From a virus (Duplodnaviria > Caudoviricetes): a stretch of 64,000 nt of DNA. The position numbers were made by a program, and so were the translations under genes. The DNA lies in IMG/VR virus record IMGVR_UViG_3300020036_002473, positions 1 to 64,000 of that record; one strand, 5' to 3'. The notes under the pieces are model-generated. The model was not told the DNA's origin, ran no database searches, and saw only the letters and a program-made list of their open reading frames with translations. The number at the start of each line of letters is the position of its first letter. Position 1 is the first letter of the stretch. This document shows positions 37,766-46,535 of the stretch, piece by piece.

Positions 37766-38031
37766 TATAGTGTCTCCCAAACAATTTCATCACAACAGGA
37801 TTTGACATTGTAGTCTTTGTTAGCTTTAACAACAATCTCATTTTTCTCTAGGCTAACAATGTGAAGCCAATCTTTATCAAATACCTCTTCCTCAGAAATA
37901 GCCATCACTTTCTTAGCAGCCATCACTTTCTTAGCAGCTTCTTCTGCTTCCAATAATGTAAAGTAGCTTCCTACAAAATCTTCCCAACCACCTTTAGGGT
38001 AGTAATCGTATCCAGCAAATACTAAGAACAT
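37765..38031 (-). CDS. Hypothetical protein with an internal 6-aa duplication
   Basis: 'MFLVFAGYDYYPKGGWEDFVGSY' N-terminus; AAKKVM occurs twice. Confidence 0.75.
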   Translation of the reverse strand: MFLVFAGYDYYPKGGWEDFVGSYFTLLEAEEAAKKVMAAKKVMAISEEEVFDKDWLHIVSLEKNEIVVKANKDYNVKSCCDEIVWETL

Positions 38032-38044
38032 AGTTTTCTCCTTA

Positions 38045-38254
38045 TTAAATATATTCTTTACGCTTTAACACTGTCTGAACACTCAGCAGAGTGATAAATA
38101 GAAATTTATACTTCTCCACTTTAACAATCTCAGTGACAACTCCTCTATTGTAGTTCAGCTTCTTTTGTATCTTAGTGCGGTAGTCTGTCTTACGTGTGAA
38201 TGTGTACACTTGCTTTGAAAACATATTTATCTCCTTGTTTGTTTCCTTCGACAA
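38045..38254 (-). CDS. Hypothetical protein
   Basis: Packed in the operon; start uncertain. Confidence 0.55.
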   Translation of the reverse strand: MSKETNKEINMFSKQVYTFTRKTDYRTKIQKKLNYNRGVVTEIVKVEKYKFLFITLLSVQTVLKRKEYI

Positions 38255-38271
38255 GACAGAGAATACATTAG

Positions 38272-38499
38272 CTACAAGAGCATGTCAACATGTTTGTTAC
38301 GTTTATTTACAATTTTATAGAAAGTGAAATTCTTTACTTCAAGTATTCCCCTACTAACTAACCTGTCCAGAGCCTGCTCAACTTGCTCATAATCAAGTCC
38401 TTGAAGCACTCCCTTAGTAAGAGCACCAATATGCACCCATTCGCTGTCTGTGTATTTGATATAGTGTATGAGTTCTTTCTGAATGTACCACAGTCTCAT
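38272..38499 (-). CDS. Hypothetical protein, winged-helix-like
   Basis: 'YEQVEQALDRLVSRGILE'. Confidence 0.6.
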   Translation of the reverse strand: MRLWYIQKELIHYIKYTDSEWVHIGALTKGVLQGLDYEQVEQALDRLVSRGILEVKNFTFYKIVNKRNKHVDMLL

Positions 38500-38672
38500 T
38501 TTACACTCCTCTTAGTTACATTAAATAGCCCACGTACCCTGTCCAGTTGGGCATACATCTCCTTAATAACATCTTCGCTTACTAAGTATCTTTCTTCGGC
38601 AATGGTGATACCAACTTTGATAGAATGAAGAATCTCATCTTGTGCCTTTTCCTTACATTCATTTCTTGTCAT
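38496..38672 (-). CDS. Hypothetical protein (58 aa)
   Basis: Manual ORF MTRNECKEKAQDEILH...; AGGAG RBS. Confidence 0.65.
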   Translation of the reverse strand: MTRNECKEKAQDEILHSIKVGITIAEERYLVSEDVIKEMYAQLDRVRGLFNVTKRSVK

Positions 38673-38699
38673 AACGCTCTCCTAGTGTTGTCTGTCAGC

Positions 38700-38728
38700 A
38701 GGATAACATTTGTTTATATCTTTGTAAA
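38700..38728 (-). promoter_or_regulatory. sigma70 promoter of the 35-38.7 kb operon
   Basis: TTTACA N17 TATCCT with TG. Confidence 0.65.
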
Positions 38729-38924
38729 TATTTATTTGATTGTATTACATTGTGCAGAAGGCACGAGAGGTGGTGCTAGAGGAGATGGCTCTTTATGATG
38801 AAACTTAAAATCAAGCTTGGTAAGAAGTTAGATAAGAATATGTATTAATATATTGACACTACAATGGATGCTGAAAGCAGAACACTAGAAGATAGCTTAT
38901 AGAGTATTACTTAGTAGTATATCT

Positions 38925-38945
38925 TATATATATATATATATATAT
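38925..38945. repeat. (TA)10 tract in an AT-rich non-coding segment
   Basis: Read directly from the sequence. Confidence 0.9.
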
Positions 38946-38959
38946 TATATCTTACAGAA

Positions 38960-39357
38960 TGGTGAAATAGAACAAAATTTCCCCATAGGCCACACGGAAT
39001 AATTTAATATTCAAGTGTAGACCTCGGGGATTTTGTTCTTTCGGCTTACAGAACGGAGCCACATGAGAACTCAAAAGATGGGTGACAATCCCTCTAATGA
39101 TTTGGAGATATATAACAAGAGAAACATAATAGTTTCTTGCCTCTTGTCTGTGAAGCGTTCTCCGCATGATGCTTATCTCTTAGGAGATGTTCCCAGAGTC
39201 CTCTTTCGAGGCTGTATTCCACTTTCTGCACCAAATTTCCACGCTTGTAGCTTGCACATCCCTTGGTAGCTACATTATGCTTCTTACGAAACATTAAACA
39301 ACACATGCCAACGTATCTAGCCGCCCATATGTTGAGAGAGCTTTCTCAAGCCCACGA
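38960..39357 (-). ncRNA. Candidate ~400-nt structured RNA
   Basis: Own promoter, multiple hairpins including GNRA loops on this strand, no convincing ORF. Confidence 0.45.
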
Positions 39358-39362
39358 GAAAC

Positions 39363-39390
39363 AGTATGACACATTTCTGGAAAATGTCAA
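39363..39390 (-). promoter_or_regulatory. sigma70-like promoter driving a non-coding tract
   Basis: TTGACA N16 CATACT with TG. Confidence 0.65.
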
Positions 39391-39523
39391 TAGCTGAGAT
39401 AGAAATAATTTGTAGATACAAAGAAGATGTACATTGTACACGTAGAACACATGTAAAGTAGCTTGTAGGAATTGTAAACAAGTTTACTGATGCGTCAAAA
39501 CACCTCATTTAGCGTATCTGGTA

Positions 39524-39584
39524 TGGTGTAAATCGTTTTAAATACACTAGGTAATAGGGTAGCCTAGAACAACACATTTAAACG
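39524..39584 (-). repeat. 61-bp dispersed stem-loop repeat, copy 2 (inverted)
   Basis: Reverse complement aligns with 35079-35139. Confidence 0.85.
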
Positions 39585-39758
39585 CCTCAGAGTGGCTATA
39601 AATGCTTGAGAATGAAAATGTACAATTTTGCTATCTAAATATTGAGAAGCCTCCTTGACAAAACAGGAATGTATGATATATGTAATGTTCACATGTGAAG
39701 GGGCGGAGCAAGATTTTTCTTGCCCTTATGTTATAACAACAATAAGAAAGAAAATAAT

Positions 39759-41108
39759 ATGGCAGTAGATATTCAAGAAGGCACAAGCTGGCCTGTAAAT
39801 GAGCTTGGAGAGATTGTAGCACAAGCTGGACTAGGGACAAACAATGTTGTGGCTTATGTTCCAAGCGCCCTTGTCCCCGTAGATGGAACAACAAACAAGC
39901 TTAACATTGTAGGAATGCCAGAGAACAGCCTTACAGGTATGCTCTATCCAGCAACAACTTTGGTGAAGCCCCATGCTAACTTTGAAACAGCAGCTGGTAC
40001 ACTAGGCTTTACACTATCAACAACTATCCTGTGTCCTGTTCCATTCTATGCTGTACGTTTACGTATGTTCAACCCTAATGCTTCTGCCACTGTTGGTGTG
40101 TTAGCAGCTGTAGCAGCTTCGGCAAACATGACTGGCGGCGTACAAGCTCCTACAGGAACTCCTGTAAACATCGCCGTAAATGGCTCAACATCCATTACAA
40201 AACCTGCTGCTTTGTCTGCTGGGTCTACAGTGGATGCTATTTTCTCTGAAGTGGTGACAGACTGGGCTATGTGTACGTCCATCCCTAGAAGCGATGGTGG
40301 CAATGGCTATTTATTAATGGTGAGAGAATACCAACCATCTGCTGGCAATACAGAAGCTTCTCGCTCAACAGGGTTGGGAAGCACAACAGCAGATGTTAAT
40401 CTCTATGGCTGCTCTTGTGTAGCACATAATGGCGATAAAGTTACTTCTTGGTCTGGCTGGTCAACAGCCGTAGCAGCTATTGGCTCAGCTTTCGGTGTAG
40501 AACTACTCACTTCAACAGGTGTTGTTAGTGTTGCAGCTTTTGGTGACTCAACAGTGGTAGGTGTAGGTGGTGCTAAAGGTAATGCTGGTGGCATGGCTCT
40601 AACAGGTGTTGCTCGTATCAACTCAGGCTCTCCTATTGGCTATTGGAATAATGGTGAAGGGGCTTCTGTTACACAAACATACTTCAAACTGTTCCAAAAT
40701 GTTATTGCTTCCTCTTTGCTCCCACGTATTGCTGTGTATTGTCCATTCAGTCCGAATGACACAGACAAATATACACGAGCAGGGACAGATAGACAAATTG
40801 CTACAATGCTAATGTTTATTAAGGAATGCCGCAACAAGAACATCACCCCATTCTTACTCACACCATGCCCTGAGAATGGCATAACAGCACCACAAGAAAC
40901 ATTTAGACGTGAAGTTGTGAATACAACAAAATCTATTGCAGCTTCTTTGAATGTTACTGTGATTGATCGTGACAGTGTTTATACAAACTACACAGTGGAC
41001 ACAGGAGGGTTTATTGCTGGTACAAATGCTGACACTAAACATCCAAACCCTGCTGGCTATGCTTTAGAGACAGCTTTGTGGTTGGAAGCTTTGAAGTACT
41101 ACAAATAA
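39759..41108 (+). CDS. SGNH/GDSL hydrolase-domain protein, probably virion-associated
   Basis: Block I 'AFGDS', block II 'GEGAS', block III 'PND', block V 'DTKHPNPAGY'; beta-rich N-terminus; start MAVDIQ at 39759. Confidence 0.8.
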   Translation: MAVDIQEGTSWPVNELGEIVAQAGLGTNNVVAYVPSALVPVDGTTNKLNIVGMPENSLTGMLYPATTLVKPHANFETAAGTLGFTLSTTILCPVPFYAVRLRMFNPNASATVGVLAAVAASANMTGGVQAPTGTPVNIAVNGSTSITKPAALSAGSTVDAIFSEVVTDWAMCTSIPRSDGGNGYLLMVREYQPSAGNTEASRSTGLGSTTADVNLYGCSCVAHNGDKVTSWSGWSTAVAAIGSAFGVELLTSTGVVSVAAFGDSTVVGVGGAKGNAGGMALTGVARINSGSPIGYWNNGEGASVTQTYFKLFQNVIASSLLPRIAVYCPFSPNDTDKYTRAGTDRQIATMLMFIKECRNKNITPFLLTPCPENGITAPQETFRREVVNTTKSIAASLNVTVIDRDSVYTNYTVDTGGFIAGTNADTKHPNPAGYALETALWLEALKYYK

Positions 41109-41170
41109 TTAAGCTTCAAATGCAGTGAGAGAAACACAAGTGTAGCGAGAGCCACATGAACGAAGTGAAT

Positions 41171-41199
41171 GCCCCTTAGCGAAAGCTTTGGGGCTTTTT
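41171..41199 (+). terminator. Terminator after the SGNH gene
   Basis: GCCCC-TTAGC-GAAA-GCTTT-GGGGC-TTTTT. Confidence 0.75.
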
Positions 41200-41239
41200 C
41201 TTTTGTCTAAAATAAATGTAAATTTTCTTTACAAAACCC

Positions 41240-41268
41240 TTGACACACTCTTCCACATGCTTTACATT
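41240..41268 (+). promoter_or_regulatory. sigma70 promoter
   Basis: TTGACA N17 TACATT. Confidence 0.75.
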
Positions 41269-41299
41269 ACGCCTATACAAACAAATTTAGGAGAAACAC

Positions 41300-41815
41300 A
41301 TGAAATTAGCAATGAAAGAACTTACAAAGATTGTCTTGTTAGCAGCAGCTACAGCAGGAGCATTAAGCTGTACGGAAGTGGCTAAAGCTAGTCCTGCTAA
41401 GGCTGAAGGAAATGATATTTCCTATTCAATTGTTGTACACGGAGCCTCTAAACATTTTGGCTACGACAAGACAGGTACACTTCCTTTCAACGAAGCCAAC
41501 TACGGCTTAGGCTTTGAAGCAGAACGTAATAATGTTGTATTTCGTGCAGGGACATACAAAGATAGCTATTACAAACAAGCTAAGTATGCTACTATTGGCT
41601 ATCGCTACGCTCTGCTAGGCCAGCAAGATAGCTTCCACGCAGGAGCCTCTGTGAATGCTGGCTGGCTTGACGGAAGCGGTTTTAAGAATGACATGGCTGT
41701 TGTTCCGCAATTGGAAATTGGCTACAAGAAAACAACATTGGAAATTGTATATGTTCCAAAATTCACAAAAGAACAAGTGCAAGCTGTTGCTGTAAGCTTG
41801 AAATATTCGTTTTAA
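41300..41815 (+). CDS. Outer-membrane beta-barrel protein, PagP-like
   Basis: Signal peptide; 'SKH...FNEANYGLG', 'YKDSY'; alternating strands; terminal 'LKYSF' BAM-type signal. Confidence 0.65.
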   Translation: MKLAMKELTKIVLLAAATAGALSCTEVAKASPAKAEGNDISYSIVVHGASKHFGYDKTGTLPFNEANYGLGFEAERNNVVFRAGTYKDSYYKQAKYATIGYRYALLGQQDSFHAGASVNAGWLDGSGFKNDMAVVPQLEIGYKKTTLEIVYVPKFTKEQVQAVAVSLKYSF

Positions 41816-41824
41816 GGAGAAATA

Positions 41825-42070
41825 ATGCCAACAAATACAAAAGATTTTCTAAACTGGAATGCTGATAGGCTTCAATTTGTTCATGAAGAATACTCTGGAG
41901 TTGATTATATGCAAAGGCTTCGTGAAGTGGCTTCTCAGCAGCGTGAGCCTTTGACGAAAGATGAGCTTTATTTCCTCAATCATCTGCGAAATGAGGCTAA
42001 ATTTGATCAACACTATTATCACGAGAATATGCTTAATAGTATTCTACAAAAATTAGGAGAACTAAATTGA
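41825..42070 (+). CDS. Hypothetical protein
   Basis: AAGGAG RBS. Confidence 0.7.
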   Translation: MPTNTKDFLNWNADRLQFVHEEYSGVDYMQRLREVASQQREPLTKDELYFLNHLRNEAKFDQHYYHENMLNSILQKLGELN

Positions 42071-42330
42071 CCTACCAAATGACAGACAAAGAATTTTTAC
42101 AAAGCGCATACAATTTTATTTGCAATGAATGTGATTGGCATGAAACACATTTGCTACGTTTTAAGAACATTATAGACAACATGCCTGACAAGGAGAAGCT
42201 GTTGGAGAGTACACTAAAACATATTGACAAGCTGTGTGAAGGGCGTAATGTGAAGGCTTTTACTGAAGGGACAACATATAAAACAGACGAGCTGCTATTC
42301 TCTCCAAGTTTGAAAGCTAGTAATGTGTAA
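42067..42330 (+). CDS. Hypothetical protein
   Basis: AGGAG RBS; TTG start. Confidence 0.65.
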   Translation: MTYQMTDKEFLQSAYNFICNECDWHETHLLRFKNIIDNMPDKEKLLESTLKHIDKLCEGRNVKAFTEGTTYKTDELLFSPSLKASNV

Positions 42331-42489
42331 TAAGCTTACAGAAGCCTTACAAATTCTAGGAGCAATGCTCATTATCCTGTGCATGGTATTAGCAGCAATG
42401 TTCTTCCTGTTTATTTCAGCTTTATGCTTTACATGGCTTTGCTTTTCGTATATTATTCGTTACGTTATGTTCAACAAGGAGAAGAAATA

Positions 42490-42672
42490 ATGTGGAGAGA
42501 CATCAAATACGCGCCAGAAGGCGTTGCTGTTATGACATGTATAGATGGGGGTACAAAAGACGAGAGAAATGCAGCATGGCTGGTAAAGAAAGGCCGTCTT
42601 TGGTGGTTGAAAAATGAAAATATGTATGTATACTACACACCAACACATTTCAAATTTTCAGGAGAATTTTAA
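42490..42672 (+). CDS. Small hypothetical protein
   Basis: 'MWRDIKYAPEG...YYTPTHF' pattern; start at 42490. Confidence 0.65.
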   Translation: MWRDIKYAPEGVAVMTCIDGGTKDERNAAWLVKKGRLWWLKNENMYVYYTPTHFKFSGEF

Positions 42673-42881
42673 TGACAACAGCGACAGATACAAAGAAGCA
42701 GCAACATGCTTGCAAGCAAGCCATTTACAACGAAGGCCATTCAGCAGCCCTGCAAGGCATGGCTCGAAACACATTGTACAAGGAGCTTTTTAAGCTCTAT
42801 TGGAACATGGGCTACGATGATGGACTGTTAAAGCTTTATAACCTTACACGCAAGCGTGAGCAAGCAACAGGAGGAAAATAA
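42672..42881 (+). CDS. Hypothetical protein (ribosome-modulation-factor-like pattern)
   Basis: 'YNEGHSAALQG...YWNMGYDDG'; weak resemblance only. Confidence 0.55.
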   Translation: MTTATDTKKQQHACKQAIYNEGHSAALQGMARNTLYKELFKLYWNMGYDDGLLKLYNLTRKREQATGGK

Positions 42882-43078
42882 TGACATTACAAGAAAATAA
42901 GATTGATTTGCAATCTATGTATCAACAGAAGCTTGAAGCAGCTAAGGCTTATCTTGGTACACGCTATCAACTACATCCTGAATTTATTCCTTCTAGGAAT
43001 ATTCCCCGCATTAGTGATGCACATTTGCAGCATAAGTGGGCTGTGAAGAGGACATACCAAGGCCATCAACATGAATAA
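42881..43078 (+). CDS. Hypothetical protein
   Basis: Coupled start. Confidence 0.65.
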   Translation: MTLQENKIDLQSMYQQKLEAAKAYLGTRYQLHPEFIPSRNIPRISDAHLQHKWAVKRTYQGHQHE

Positions 43079-43259
43079 AGATGATAAATTTGCAGCAAAC
43101 ATTTTCTTATTATGTGTATTTGTCTTGCTTGGAGGTTTTGCTATTGGCATGTCCTTTGGAGAAAGTGCTGGCAAGGCTCAATTTGCAAAAGAATGCACAG
43201 GTAAACTTTTCGTCTACGAAAATCATATTTATACGTGTGAGAATGTGGGGATTAAATGA
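43071..43259 (+). CDS. Small membrane-anchored protein
   Basis: N-terminal hydrophobic helix. Confidence 0.6.
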   Translation: MNKDDKFAANIFLLCVFVLLGGFAIGMSFGESAGKAQFAKECTGKLFVYENHIYTCENVGIK

Positions 43260-43489
43260 TGGGAGTTGATAAACTATTCCACTTCACCCTGTCACTGCTT
43301 GTATGCCTCATCAGCACAGCCTTGTCAAGCCTCACTATTGGCATTGCCTTCACATTGGCTGGAGGGATTGGTAAGGAAGCTTACTATGCTCTTGCGAAGA
43401 ATGGCACAGGATGGAGCTGGCTAGATTTGCTAGCAGATGTGCTAGGGATTGCAGCTGGAGCTGCTTTGATGTATTATCTGCATAGTTAA
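43256..43489 (+). CDS. Small membrane protein (YfiM/VanZ-like)
   Basis: 'DKLFHF...GIGKE...WSWLDLLADVLG'. Confidence 0.65.
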   Translation: MMGVDKLFHFTLSLLVCLISTALSSLTIGIAFTLAGGIGKEAYYALAKNGTGWSWLDLLADVLGIAAGAALMYYLHS

Positions 43490-43509
43490 GAATAAACAAA
43501 GGAGAGAAC

Positions 43510-44529
43510 ATGTCAGAACGTAAATTAGCATCAATTCAAACTATTGCGGAGATCAAGCCCATTGGAGGGGCTGATCGGATTGTAGCCTATCGTATCAACG
43601 GGTGGTGGGTTGTTGATACCAAGGATAAATATCAAGTAGGTGATCTGGGAGTATATTGTGAAGTTGATAGCTTCATTCCAACAGAGATAGCACCCTTCCT
43701 AACAAAGCCTGAGCATTTTCCTAAAGAATTTCTAGGAATTAAGGGAGAGCGTTTGCGCACAATTAAGCTTAAAGGGCAATTATCACAAGGGCTATTGCTT
43801 CCTATGTCTGTGCTCCCAAACACTGAATCTGTTGGAATCGGCTTCTATATTGAAGGAGAAGATGTGACTTCATCTTTAGGTATCCTCAAATATGAAAAGC
43901 CCTTGCCAGCCTGCTTAGCAGGAACAGCTAAAGGAAATTTCCCAAGCTTCATCCCTAAGACTGACCAAGAGCGTGTGCAGAATCTTTCCAAAGAAATCCA
44001 AGAAATGCAAGGAGAGCTATTTGAAGTGACAATCAAGCTTGATGGAAGCTCTTGCACAATCTTTGTAAACGGAGAAGATAATGGTGTGTGCTCTCGTAAC
44101 CTTGAGCTGAAGCAAACAGACACGAATGCTTTCTGGCAGATTGCTGTAGAAGAGGATGTTCATGCAAAACTGCGCTCCACAGGACGTAATCTTGCTCTGC
44201 AAGGAGAACTAATTGGGCCAAGCATTCAAGGTAATTATGAGAAAGTTGCCAAGAATGAATTCTATGTGTATGATGTGTTTGACATTGACAAGCAAGCTTA
44301 TTTGCTTCCAGCAGAGCGTTGGGATGTTGTGCAACAGCTGGGCTTGAAGCATATCCCTATTCTCACAGGAAGTCGTAGACTAGATCACAATGTCCAGCAA
44401 CTCCTTGACATGGCTGAAGGAGAAGGAATGAACAAGGGCGTTAAACGTGAAGGGCTTGTGTTCAAGCATTTACACTCTGATTTTAGTTTCAAGGCTATTA
44501 GCAATAGTTATTTATTAAAGGAGAAATAA
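43510..44529 (+). CDS. RNA ligase, DRB0094/Rnl2 family
   Basis: 'RKLASIQ', motif I 'KLDGSS', 'QGELIG', 'REGLVFK', 'FKAISN'. Confidence 0.92.
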   Translation: MSERKLASIQTIAEIKPIGGADRIVAYRINGWWVVDTKDKYQVGDLGVYCEVDSFIPTEIAPFLTKPEHFPKEFLGIKGERLRTIKLKGQLSQGLLLPMSVLPNTESVGIGFYIEGEDVTSSLGILKYEKPLPACLAGTAKGNFPSFIPKTDQERVQNLSKEIQEMQGELFEVTIKLDGSSCTIFVNGEDNGVCSRNLELKQTDTNAFWQIAVEEDVHAKLRSTGRNLALQGELIGPSIQGNYEKVAKNEFYVYDVFDIDKQAYLLPAERWDVVQQLGLKHIPILTGSRRLDHNVQQLLDMAEGEGMNKGVKREGLVFKHLHSDFSFKAISNSYLLKEK

Positions 44530-44894
44530 TGTCAGCAGATGCTATTATTGTATTTGGCATAAGTGGAAAATTTAGCATGGAGCTTCCACTATACTTCTCA
44601 ATTCACGAAATAACAGACTACGAGAAGAGTTGTGGCTATGCTCCACCAAACACAACCTATTACATCCACACAGGGTTGCATTACTTCGATAAGCATTGGG
44701 GATGCTTTAGTAAAGAATTTAGAGATGTTATTCTTACACTCCTGAATCTGCTAGACGATGTCAATGTAAGTTGTGTTTACTATGGGTATGACTGCCTAGA
44801 TCAAGCAAAGTTGTTTACAATGCAAGATTGGCATGATATTGTAGAGGCTTACGAAATTGCTGAAAGGAAATACAATGACTACGCCTCTTTATGA
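44529..44894 (+). CDS. Hypothetical protein
   Basis: Coupled start. Confidence 0.7.
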   Translation: MSADAIIVFGISGKFSMELPLYFSIHEITDYEKSCGYAPPNTTYYIHTGLHYFDKHWGCFSKEFRDVILTLLNLLDDVNVSCVYYGYDCLDQAKLFTMQDWHDIVEAYEIAERKYNDYASL

Positions 44895-46197
44895 AATAAT
44901 AACAGCCCTACAACAAGAGCCTAGCAGCAATGCTAAGCTAGAAATCCTCCAAGCCAACAAAGAAAACGCTCTGTTGAAGGAATATTTGCGTGTAACGCAT
45001 TCTCCACAGATAAATTTCTATGTTTCTGAAAAGACGTTTCCTATTGCAGACGCTGGGACAATCCCATGCTTGGCATTAGGCACAGCTACAATTGGATACG
45101 CTATACATAACTACGCCTTGCGTAACAGTACAGGACACGACGCATTACGAGACATTACAAAGAAGCTTCGTTGGCTGTCTAAAGAAGATGGAGAGCTATT
45201 CAAAATGATGCTCCTGAAAGACATTAAAGCAGGAATTGGAGCTAAGCAAATTAACAAAATTTGGGATGGGATCATCCCTGTACAGCCTTACATGCGTTGC
45301 TCATTACCCTCAGATGTAGACACAAGCAAATGGGATTGGGAAGCTGGCGTGTATTCACAAGTGAAGGCTGATGGGATGTATTGTGCTATTAGCAATAACA
45401 AGGCTGTAACACGCAATGGGAATTGTTTTGATATTAAGAGCTTTCCTGTTGATCTGAGAGAAGCTATCCGTAGTATTCCAAAAGGTGTTGAACTTAATGG
45501 TGAGCTACTTGTTCTAGCAAAAGATAACTCTATTATGGACAGAAAGACAAGTAATGGGCTTCTTAACAGCTTGCTTAAGTCAGGTGATAAGATTGCAAAA
45601 AACTACACCATTGTGTATTTCATCTGGGATTATCAGTTTGCAAAAGATGCACAACCATACGAATGTAGATACAAGGAATTAGGAGCAGCTTATGCAAAAG
45701 ATGGCCCTATACGTCTAATTGAAACGCATACCTGTCACACACCAGAACAAGCACAAGAACATTTGAAAGCCTGCCTAGCCCTTGGCTTAGAAGGCACTGT
45801 CCTCAAAAACCCTAAAGGGCTATGGAAAGATGGCACAAGCAAAGACATTGTTAAGAATAAAATTGTTGCAGACATTGAGCTTCTCTGTTATGATGTTTAT
45901 GAAGGCTCTGGAAAGGCTAAAGGGAAGTTAGGAGGCTTGTCGCTGCGCTCCTCAGATGGCATTGTCCAAGTAAATTGTGGCACAGGGTTTACAGATAAGC
46001 AGCGGGAGGAATATTGGAAGCATCCTCCTATTGGGTGCATTATTCATATTACAGCTAATGATCTTGTGCAAGAGAAAAAGAAAAACTCTTTTTCTTTATT
46101 CCTGCCAAGCTTTCAGGAAATTCGTACAGACAAGAATGAAGCTGATGACTTCCAAAAGATTAAAGATATCTTTAATAATGCGAAGGGAATTGCATAA
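44875..46197 (+). CDS. lig: ATP-dependent DNA ligase
   Basis: Motif I 'KADG', 'LNGEL', 'EGTVLK', OB-fold 'GKLGG...VNCGTGF...LFLP.F...RTDK'. Confidence 0.93.
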   Translation: MTTPLYEIITALQQEPSSNAKLEILQANKENALLKEYLRVTHSPQINFYVSEKTFPIADAGTIPCLALGTATIGYAIHNYALRNSTGHDALRDITKKLRWLSKEDGELFKMMLLKDIKAGIGAKQINKIWDGIIPVQPYMRCSLPSDVDTSKWDWEAGVYSQVKADGMYCAISNNKAVTRNGNCFDIKSFPVDLREAIRSIPKGVELNGELLVLAKDNSIMDRKTSNGLLNSLLKSGDKIAKNYTIVYFIWDYQFAKDAQPYECRYKELGAAYAKDGPIRLIETHTCHTPEQAQEHLKACLALGLEGTVLKNPKGLWKDGTSKDIVKNKIVADIELLCYDVYEGSGKAKGKLGGLSLRSSDGIVQVNCGTGFTDKQREEYWKHPPIGCIIHITANDLVQEKKKNSFSLFLPSFQEIRTDKNEADDFQKIKDIFNNAKGIA

Positions 46198-46362
46198 ATG
46201 CAAGAAGAAATGCGTAAGATTGTACAGATTGTCTCAAGTGCTCCAGATGATTTGTCAGCACTTTGCAATGATGGCACTGTTTGGTATTTGACAAGCAAAG
46301 GATGGGTGAAGACTATTCATAACATTCCACAACCTTGGGAGGAGCCTAGTAATGACAGCTAA
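46198..46362 (+). CDS. Small hypothetical protein (54 aa)
   Basis: Manual ORF '...LSALCNDGTVW...W...IPQP'. Confidence 0.6.
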   Translation: MQEEMRKIVQIVSSAPDDLSALCNDGTVWYLTSKGWVKTIHNIPQPWEEPSNDS

Positions 46363-46531
46363 CACATATTCCAAAGCATCCCTTCCAAACAAGGAAGGCT
46401 ACAAATTTATTGCTGTGCTAAATGATGGTTCTGAGCATGTTGTAAGCATTGCCAAGAACACACATGGCTGTCATTACATTGTTTCAGAGATTAGCTACGC
46501 TAACATTAAACATTGGAGACGTATTGAATAG
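46352..46531 (+). CDS. Small hypothetical protein (59 aa)
   Basis: Manual ORF; GGAGG RBS. Confidence 0.6.
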   Translation: MTANTYSKASLPNKEGYKFIAVLNDGSEHVVSIAKNTHGCHYIVSEISYANIKHWRRIE

Positions 46532-46535
46532 TACA

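Noticed and set aside
38960-39357. Group I or II intron, or the 63-78 aa ORFs in this tract
   Set aside because: No interrupted host gene, no recognisable P7 or domain V, and the ORFs lack RBSs and phage-like codon use.
41300-41400. Lipoprotein signal (ALSC) in the barrel protein
   Set aside because: Poor lipobox match; the AxA cleavage site and C-terminal Phe fit an integral outer-membrane barrel better.
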